Positions 54,751 to 64,000 of a DNA stretch of 64,000 nt are shown one piece after another. Origin of the DNA: the human T2T-CHM13v2.0 reference genome, Homo sapiens; NCBI RefSeq assembly GCF_009914755.1, contig NC_060942.1; one strand, given 5' to 3'. The notes beneath the pieces were generated by a model. It did no database searches. It saw nothing but the letters and a program-made list of their open reading frames with translations, and was not told the origin of the DNA. The position numbers were made by a program, and so were the translations under genes. Every line of letters begins with the position of its first letter. Within the stretch, counting starts at the first letter, position 1.

Positions 54751-56234
54751 GTAAGCATGAATGTATTAAACGATACAATTCCTTAGCAGCTGTAAATGCT
54801 CTAGTGCAGGCTGAAAGCCACTTTGATTACAATACTCAAGGCCAAGTGCTTTGAAGCTAAAACTTCCTAGGTTGTTCTCATCCAAACTGTTATGTTTCTT
54901 GCAATGTTAGAGAACAATCTTTTCTTCAACCATTTATTTTGCTATGATAGAAGGTTTTCCACAATTTTTTAAAAGGATCATTTGAGAGAAAGATTTACTG
55001 GTTAGAAATCCACATAATCAGTACTTGAGAAATATTAAAATCTAAAAGGAAATATATTGATTAAAGTGGTGATGATGTCATCCTGAGGGATCCAGGAAGC
55101 ATGAGGATGAAACATTAGCTGAAGAACCAAGAGCCTAATAATATTTGGATGTACCCTCATAGTAGTTTGACCTGCAGGGAATTCAAGGTTTTCTGCAGAG
55201 CCCCAATCTCAGGCTTTAGCTAGATATATAGACTTTCTTTACTATTCCATGCTGGTTTCTCTAGAAGCCCATACAATTACAATCAGTCAAGGTAGACTTC
55301 TGAACTTGTTGCTGAAGGCTGAAAGGTGGGGTCAAATTCTTTATGATCGGTAGAGACGATGTAACCATACAATGCCTCTCTCCTCAGGGATATTAGACAT
55401 TTGCTTTATTAAGTGTAGAAAGTGGGATGATGTTCAACTGATTTCAGACATTGGTTATTTTAATCAACTCATTTCTCATGGTTTCTATTTGAAAATTAAA
55501 AAAAAAATCCTAGGCTCTACTTATTAAAATTCAAGGTTTTGGACTTCACATGGGAAGCATGACACTGCAGCCTAGCCCAGTCGTAGACTGCAAAGTCTCA
55601 GTAAAAAGGAGGAAGAGAAATGCACATATGAATCCAGCCAGACTCTGAGCCAGGGAAACCTTCCGTGATTTGGTGAAAAATAAGACAGTGAAGTAAACAG
55701 ACCTGATGGAAGCTCAATATATGTAATGGCTGCTGAGAGCTTGTCCCCTGACAAAGGGGCAATTTCAAATATATGGTCCTTTTCCTCCTTTGACCCATTA
55801 TTGCACCCGGTTGGATCCACTCATGGTTTCTACCTGGCTCTCGGGACATCTCCAGTTCCTTTATCCTCAGAGGAATGACCTGTATCACTATTTACATAAG
55901 TTCCACCTTCTGCACCCCTACCTGGCCTCCCTTTCCCTCACCTCCCACGCTAAAAATTAAACATCAGTGATTCTCCTTGACCTAGGATTCACTCAACCTC
56001 CACCCTCTTTCTCCAGTTTTCTGGAATGCTAATTGGACATTTTATTCAGTGCTTCAGGGCATTAGTCCTAGGTGCCTGGGAATATTCCCCAAACACAGCA
56101 CTCCCAATTACCTGAATTCTAACCACACCGAATCCCAACCCAGAGGCCCAAGAAGGAGCTTCCCATCTGTGGTAGAATTCCAGTCCTTAAGTCAGGGGAT
56201 AACACCTGCCCTGAGCTGCCTGTGGACATACTGA

Positions 56235-56562
<328 letters not shown>

Positions 56563-58113
56563 TTATTTTACTTTATTTTATTTTACTTTAAGTTCTGGGA
56601 TACAAGTGCAGAACATGCTGGTTTGTTACATAGGTATACACGTGCCATGATGGTTTGCTGCATCTATTGACCTGTCATCTAAGTTTCCTCACCTGCCACC
56701 CCCCAACTGGCCCTGGTGTGTGTGTTGTTGCCCTCCCTGTGTCCATGTGTTCTCATTGTTCAACTCTCACTTATGAGTAAGAACATGCAGTGTTTGGTTT
56801 TCTGTTTTGTGTTGGTTTGCTGAGGATGATGGCTTCCAGCTTCATCCATGTCCCTGTGAAGGACATGACCTCATTTTTTTATGGCTCTGTAGTTTTCCAC
56901 AGTGTATATGTACCACCTTTTCTTTATCCAGTCTATCACAATGGTTGAACTAATTTACTTTCTCACCAACAGTGTAAAAGCATTCCTATTCCTCCACAGC
57001 CTCACCAGCATCTATTATTTCTTGACTTTTTAATAGCTGCCATTCTGACTGGTGTGAGATGGTATCTCATTGAGGTTTTGATTTGCATTTCTCTAATGAC
57101 CAGTGATGATGAGCTTTTTTTCATACATTTCTTGCACACAATGTCTTCTTTTGAGAAGTGTCTGTTCATATCCTTTGCCCCCTTTTTGATGGGGTTGTTT
57201 TTTTTCTTGGAAATTTGTTTAGATTCCCTGTAAATTCTGGATATTAGACCTTTGTCAGATGGGTAGATTGCAAAAATTTTCTCCCATTCTGTAGGTTGTC
57301 TGTTGACTCTGATGATAATTTCTTTTGCTGTGCAGAAGCTCTTCAGTTTAATTAGATCCCATTTGTCAATTTTGACATTTGTTGCAATTCCTTTCGGCAT
57401 TTATGTCATGAAATCTTTGCCCATGCCTATGTCCTGAATGGTATTGCCTAGGTTTTTTTCTAGGGTTTTTATGGTTTTTGCTATTACATTTAAGTCTTTA
57501 ATCCATCTTGAGTTAATTTTTGTATAACGTGTAAGGAAGGGGTCCAGTTTCAGTTTTATGCATATGACTTGCCAGTTTTCCCAGCACCATTTATTGAATA
57601 GGAGATCCTTTCCCCATTGCTTGTTTTTGTCAGGTTTGTCAAAGACCGGATGTTTATAGATGTGTGGTGTTATTTCTGAGGCCTCTGTTCTGTTCCATTG
57701 GTCTATATCTTTTTTGATACTATGCTTAAAACAGTACCGTGCTGTTTTGGTTACTGTAACCTTGTAGTATAATTTGAAGTCGGGTAGTGTGATGCCTCTA
57801 GCTTTGTTCTTTTTGCTTAGGATTGTCTTGGCTGTATGGGGTGTTCTTTGATTCCATATGAAATTTAAAGTAATTTTCTCTAATTCTGCGAAGAAAGTCA
57901 GTGGTAGGTTGATTGTAATAGTATTTAATCTATAAATTACTTTGGGCAGTATGGCCATTTTCATGATATTGATTCTTCTTATCCATGAGAATGGAATGTT
58001 TTTCCACTTGTTGGTGTCCTCTCTTATTTCCTTGAGCAGTTGTTTATAGTTCTCCTTGGAGAGGTCCTTCACATCCCTTGCTAGCTTGGTATTTTATTCT
58101 CTTTATAGTGATT
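56563..58113 (-). mobile_element. 5'-truncated L1PA (~PA8-10) with internal deletion near 56940
   Basis: ORF2 peptides 57401-58072 and 57002-57400; 18-bp TSD ca(t/c)actgattaatttcat at 56227-56244 and 58114-58131. Confidence 0.95.
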
Positions 58114-59281
58114 CACACTGATTAATTTCATCAGTCCCTTCATATAGGTCAGAAGTTTACCCTTTTCTCACTACATGTTGTAAATGGACAGTGACTAATC
58201 ATCATTTCCAAGTGAATGACTTCCAAATCTCTGTGTCTAGTGTTCCAGCCCTTCATTTCCAGATATTTATTGTATATCCTCTTCACTAGTCATACAGCAC
58301 CTCCACACATCTAAAACCAAGTTTATTTCTATTTCAAACCAGCAGCCATTCGTGTGGTGTATATTTTTAATGGACCAACCATTCATATTATGTGAGTTCA
58401 AAGCCCCAGAGCTAACTCCTACTTCTTAAGCTACCCTATCTGCTCCATCTAGGAGGAGCCTTCTTCATTTCCACTGGTCTTACCCTTATTCAGATCTTTC
58501 TTATAATCTCCTGCAACACTACAGAAGTCTCCTTTCCCCTCCTTCCCAGCTCTGCCCTGTTTTTAGCCTACAGGTTGCTGATATTAATACTATTACTAAT
58601 GCATAGCACTGGTCAAGCTCTTGGTCATTTATGTCAACTTGGTGAAGTCTAGAAACTACTTTTCCTGGAACCCTCTGCTTCTCTATTGTTCTGAGATAAG
58701 TTGGCCAAGACAGGACTTTGTGTGAGAATTGGAAGAAGGAATGGAGCGGATGCCATTGTTCATGGAAGTTTATCATGGTAAATGATGGTGATAAAAGATG
58801 CAGAGGTGCCCGTCAGGATCCAGCTTGTTCTTGCTCTCATGCACTGTGTGCCCAGCATATTTTCCTACCTGTTGGCCCCAACATCAGCCCCAGGCTCACA
58901 GCTGGATCTTGGATGCAGACCCTCAGAGACAGGTGCTGCCCCAGGTCAGCAGCTTCACCAGGATTGGCAGTTCCATCCATCTTTCTGAACTTGTCACTGA
59001 AGGCATAGAGGTGGGTCGAGCTCCTCTTTAACAGACACATGCCAGTGGCAGATTGTGCGAGGCTCCCTGGGTTCCTTGCAGGCTACACCCTAATGTGGTC
59101 TAGCTAGTGACTGTTTGATTCTTCAGTATATGCCCCTTGCAAATCTTCCCTTTCTCACTTTGTCCCACAATTGTGCAGAGTGGATGGAATTCTCATATTA
59201 AATACTTGATTTACGCAATACTTAAGAGTGGCTGTTTTCATGATTAAAACTTGACTAATACATATGCCTTGACTTTCTTTG

Positions 59282-59282
<1 letters not shown>

Positions 59283-59318
<36 letters not shown>
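59283..59318. repeat. (AC)18 microsatellite
   Basis: Pure AC run. Confidence 0.97.
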
Positions 59319-59320
<2 letters not shown>

Positions 59321-59377
59321 CCTTGGCTTGCTGCTGCTTCCAAGTTTGGTTTCAACTCTTTAGTTAGAGACTCTAGT

Positions 59378-59880
59378 TCTTTTTTTGTTTTAACTTTTAT
59401 TTTAGGTTCAGGGATGCATTTGCAGGTTTGTTATATAGGTAAGTTGCATGTCATAAGTGTTTGGTGTACAGATAATTTCATCACCTAGGTAATAAGCATA
59501 GCACCAATAGATAGTTTTTCCATCCTTACCTTCCTCCCTCCATCCACCCTCATGTAGGCTCTGGTGTCTGCTGTTCCCTTCTTTGTGTCTATGTATACTC
59601 CATGTGTTGCTCCCACTTATAAGTGAGAACATGCAGTATTTGTTTTTTTGTTACTGTGTTAGTTTGTTTAGGATAAGGGCCTCTAGCTTCATCCACTTTG
59701 CTGCAAAGGACATTATCTTGTTATTTTCTATGGCTGTGTAGCATTCCGTCATGAATATGTACCACATTTTCTTCATCCAGTCCTACCATTGATGAGCATT
59801 TAGGTTGATTCCATGTCTTTGCTATTGTGAATAGTGCTGCAATAAACATACAGGTGCATGTGTCTTTATGGAGACTAATT
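59378..59880 (-). mobile_element. L1PA (older, ~PA13-16) 3' fragment
   Basis: 'tttaggttcagggatgcatttgcaggtttgttatatagg'; ORF2 tail MFIAALFTIAKTWNQPK. Confidence 0.9.
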
Positions 59881-60121
59881 ATTTTACCTTTAACTTTCCA
59901 GACATACATCCCTACCACTTCCATTCAAACCCTCATCCAATCCTATTCCATTCAAATCCTATTCTTTCTATTCAAATCCACACCATCCACGTGACTTCCA
60001 CTCAAATCTTTATTGAATTCCATTCAAGTATTATCTACTTCTGAGATTCAGACTATCCCACTATGGGGTCTTACTCTCTCTTTCTTATCTCTACCTGTAG
60101 AAATCCTACGGGTCCTGGAAT

Positions 60122-60124
<3 letters not shown>

Positions 60125-60174
<50 letters not shown>
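60125..60174. repeat. (CA)25 microsatellite next to an Alu monomer fragment (60175-60280, -)
   Basis: Pure CA run followed by 'tagagataggggtctcc...atcctcctgcctcggcctcc'. Confidence 0.95.
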
Positions 60175-60175
<1 letters not shown>

Positions 60176-61379
60176 TAGAGATAGGGGTCTCCATATGTTG
60201 CCCAAGCTGAACTCAAACTTCTCAGCCTAAGGGATCCTCCTGCCTCGGCCTCCCTAGATGGAACTATAAGCACACACCACTATATATTTTTTTTTATCTC
60301 TGCTTACTTGATTCTAAAACATGTTTTAGAACACATCATAGTTTGTTTTATAATTTTTTGCATACTTTTCTTAGTTTCCAGTATGAATAATCTTAAGGTC
60401 AGACACTAAACCTTATTTATCTTTGTGTATCTCATAGTGACTAGTATGGTGCTTCAGAAATAGAATAAGGTGCTCTTTAAATGTCTGTTTAGTATATGGT
60501 TCAGTAAATATTTTTTCATACCCATTTCTTTGCATATTAACCAATGACACTCACTAGAGTTTAGAATGATATTATTTTATACTGACTGTAAAGGACATGC
60601 TTTTTATAGTCATATTTTATATTATGAAAACATTCCAAGAGCTTTTTCCAAGAATCTTAAAATATACAGAGCTTGATAAATCTCATGTAACTTAAATAAT
60701 AAATAGTAAGTATATATTAAGGTCAATGTATTTTCATATTACATTTTAGAGTATGAACATATTGTTATAAAGAGTATGCAATATAGAAATGTCTAAACTA
60801 ATATCTACTGAAAATGATTACATACATGATGCTAGATTATCTTGAAATAGAACTTTATTCATAACATTTTTATTTATAATAAACCCACCCATTGCAAGGA
60901 AAATTATGTGTTTAGTGTAAAAATCACAGTATGCTAGGAACATGATTCCTATCCTAAAACAATAAAACATTTACATGTTGAGAGCAATTTGTGTAAAGGT
61001 AGCTCCTTCGCAGGACAACAAAGCAGAGATTAAAATGCAACTCTGCCCTTTAAGCTTAAGACAAAGAAATACGGTTTTTATTTATTGGATAAGTCTGTAC
61101 CTCTTTTTTTTGTAACCTTCAAACTGATGAGGATTATGAAACATCAAAATGTCACCACGTGATAAGTGAAAGTCACCACTGTTCATAGGAATCATCTGAG
61201 AGTGCCCTGCATTCTGCTAAATGACACCGGCAACTGTAACAGCTGTCAAAAGTAAAGGCCCTAATGACGCTCATAGGCAGAAATGCTCCCTATTCAATAA
61301 AATAGAGCTAGTTTCTGCTTACATTTAAGTTCCTAACTTAAGACCATTTCCTTTCAACATTAAAATAGTCATGATGCCT

Positions 61380-61910
61380 TTTGTTATTATTGTTCTTATT
61401 GATTCAGTGCCTATTGAGTACCAGGCACTGTGATAAGTGTCTTACATTAATTATAAGACATACTATCATCATTCTATGAGATGAGGAAACTGAGACACAG
61501 AGTAACTTATTCAAGGTCACACAGCTGGTTCTGAGAAGTATGTTAGCCTAGACTCTCACATTTAGGCCCAAATTGTAGCCTCTTAAAGCCTCACACATAT
61601 CCTATGTGCTTTAGTGTCTCAATAAGTTTATTTGTAATAAAATGAAAAGAAAGCTCTTTCTCCTATTTTAAGTACATGAATCCTAGAATCAAAACTTCTG
61701 GCAATTTGAAATCTTCTCCCAGTAACCTCACTCAACACTTATCGAGCCATTAAATCTCGGCTGAGTCCCTTGGGGAAGGCACTTTACCTCTCTGATCTTC
61801 AGTGTCTGTATTTTTCAAATTGGGCATAATGGCATGAACTTTATCAGTTGTTTTGGGGTGAGTGAAAGTCATTTATATTGCCCTGGATACATGGTAGTCC
61901 TTATAAATAA
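61380..61910. mobile_element. Two MIRs (minus ~61380-61560, plus ~61760-61910)
   Basis: 'agatgaggaaactgagacacagag...caaggtcacacagct'; 'ttacctctctgatcttcagt'. Confidence 0.7.
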
Positions 61911-62221
61911 GTCTTCTATTCTGAGCTAAGGAATTTGGACTTTACTGACAGGCAATGGAAATCCTCAAATAACACAGCAACATGGATCTCCCTCGTGATC
62001 TCCCTCTCTTCACAATCATGCGTGCATCAAAGATGAATTTTCTTTGAACACAACTTACACTTTTCATAATACGACTCTCTCCCTTTGTAGTTGAAAGGGC
62101 TTATCAGGTTTCCTACTTCACACAGAATGAAACAGAGGTGTTCTTGTTTGGATTGTTCCCCAGCACTCCTGACACTAGTGTTTGGCTTCAGTTACACTCA
62201 TCCAGCAGAGTCCCACAAAGG

Positions 62222-62307
62222 AGGGTGACTAACTCATCTGGGTTTGTCTGGGACTTTACTACTTTTACTCAGTCCCAAACAAAATGGGAGAGGTGGCCAG
62301 TCACCCC
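62222..62307. mobile_element. MER94/MER81-like hAT-Blackjack MITE
   Basis: Terminal inverted repeats 'agggtgact...agtcaccc' with internal 'gtttgtctgggac...gtcccaaacaaa'. Confidence 0.7.
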
Positions 62308-63359
62308 AAAGACATTACACTTTCCCAAATTTCCACACATTTGACATTGCCCTTTGTGTTGCTCTATCAGGAACTGCACATCTTGCAAGGCTTAATTTAG
62401 AGCCAATACCATCATCACCTGGGGTAACTGGAGCAGGTGGCACCAATGGGAGAATTATTATTGAGTTTAATAAACTGGGATCTGATGTTGAAGGTTTTTA
62501 AAAAGTAGTTTGAAATAAATATTAAATACAAAAAGTTTCCATACTAGTACAAAGAATATGCATACAACTTTCACCCAGGCTCACCTAGTATTAACATTTC
62601 ACCACTTTGCTCTATCATTTGTGTTCCGTTTCTCACACACATATAATATTCTTTAGATGGGGAAGGTTTACAAAATTTTATCATAGCAAAGAGATATGCT
62701 CAGAGGTAGGGGAAATCACTTCTAAACAGGAGGAAGTAATGGAGAAACTGGCTTTCAGTAAAGATTTGCTGGGAAGTCAAATGTTCAGAGCTCTGCTTGT
62801 GGAAGATGACAACTACAAGGGTGTCCAGTGAAGTCTAGAAAGAAGGCCAGGCTGGAGACAGAGGGATCAGTCAGGAAGCTGCTCAGAGGTCCAGGCACCA
62901 AGGACTTCTACTAATGGACAGAGTACTGATGGGTTTGAGCAAAAATAAAATAATATTCTTTTAGTGCCCAAGTTAGATAAGAGTGTCTCACATTTTCTTG
63001 ACTATTTGACCTAACTTAGTAAGGTGATTTAGGTCTAGGATTTTTCACATCTCTTTTATAAAATAGAGTCCTTTGATCACATCCATCTTCTCATCTTGGT
63101 TGTTTATAAATGAAATGTTAAAATGAAAGATTATGGGAAGAATTAGACTCCTGTTATTTCATGTGATGAACTCATTTCTTGGCAGAGTTACACTGGATGA
63201 GTTAAGATGTAACTGAAAATATGCTTCCCTCCTGAAACTTGGAATCTTGCTTTTAATTATCATTGAAATGTCACCAGAGATACATTTAAACAGTTTTTGA
63301 TAAGACATGGACTAACAAACCGAATCCAACTGCTACAGGGACATTTTTTAATTTCACAG

Positions 63360-63545
63360 GTGGTTGAAATATATACTGCGGCAGTATAAAGGAGAAAATG
63401 CAGCAGGAGCTACCCGTGATAGGAGTCAATACCTCTGTGAACAAGGAGAAGCACTACTATCTTGGTTGAAAACACTCTTATTCGTAACAAAACCGAAAGC
63501 TCCTGTGTCTGATCTTTTAATAGACTTTCAAGGACACATTTTCAA
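63360..63545 (+). CDS. Internal coding exon candidate, 186 nt, phase 2/2: WLKYILRQYKGENAAGATRDRSQYLCEQGEALLSWLKTLLFVTKPKAPVSDLLIDFQGHIF
   Basis: Branch-like ACTAAC at 63311, acceptor 'tttttaatttcacAG|g', donor 'caa|GTAAGT'; exactly one frame open over the whole exon; non-repetitive. Confidence 0.65.
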
Positions 63546-64000
63546 GTAAGTACCACTATATCTGGACGACAATCAACCTTTAATTTCTTTCCTTTATTGT
63601 TCCTTTAAGTGTCTTTGGATTTCTTCTTTTTTTTTTAAAGTGTCTGGTATTTTGACATTCTCACTTCTCACATGGGCTGTATTTATGTATGGTACTCATC
63701 AACAAACACATCTACAGCTTTCGGTAGATAATGTTTTGTTTGCTCCAAAAAAAGAAATTAGGGGAGCCCTTACTGAGAAAGTAATAGCAGTACTACTAAT
63801 AAATATGGGAGCTGTTTTCTTCCATTAGAAGAAACACCAGTAGCAACATATGTATTCCAATCTGTAGCACTAAGTGCACTCAATTAAAGAGAAGATGATA
63901 GCGATTTGCAGATCCCCCTGCTCCAGCCTATTTTTCAGTTGGCATGGTGGGGACTGGCTAGGGAGACCATACCCATCTTTCCAAAGCAGGAGTCGGGAAA

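Noticed and set aside
57002-58072. Longest ORFs in the window (223 aa and 132 aa)
   Set aside because: Broken L1 ORF2 fragments of a 5'-truncated L1PA; not a host gene
58718-59130. Several overlapping ORFs in a GC-richer patch
   Set aside because: No convincing splice pair or recognisable peptide; probably a degenerate LTR or chance ORFs
59915-60030. Repeated 'ttccattcaaa' motifs resembling HSAT or CRISPR-like spacing
   Set aside because: Short, degenerate, irregularly spaced low-complexity sequence in eukaryotic DNA
63410-63468. Alternative ATG frame inside the 63360 exon (MQQELPVIG...)
   Set aside because: Terminates within the exon after about 23 codons
63905-63930. CTCF-like 'tccccctgctcc'
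   Set aside because: Several mismatches at core CTCF positions

Overview
AT-rich primate (very likely human) nuclear DNA, judged from AluJ/S/Y, L1PA, L1MA/MB, L2, MIR, ERV1/ERVL LTR and hAT/Tigger fossils. Almost all ORFs in the supplied track are repeat-derived or chance. There are no prokaryotic features (CRISPR, operons) and no rRNA/tRNA. The best gene signal is on the + strand at the right end. A non-CpG-island promoter near 54.58-54.65 kb (CCAAT, NFI-like site, two RFX X-box-like sites 20 bp apart) is followed by a short ATG-containing exon ending in a phase-2 donor (54750). A fully open 186-nt phase-2/2 exon follows at 63360-63545. Spliced together they read MLKSDMTFFLQQKKL-WLKYILRQ...LLSWLKTLL...PVSDLLIDFQGHIF; I do not recognise the gene, and the C-terminal part loosely resembles the start of a calponin-homology domain. 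A divergent minus-strand non-coding transcript is possible. The other striking pattern is repeated local templated copying. A ~600-bp piece of flanking DNA is copied into a near-full-length L1MA, which also holds a second ~420-bp foreign insert. There are two 46-bp copies taken from ~2 kb away and three duplication-plus-inverted-filler scars. Repeat subfamily names are from memory of consensus sequences, and boundaries are approximate unless TSDs are given.
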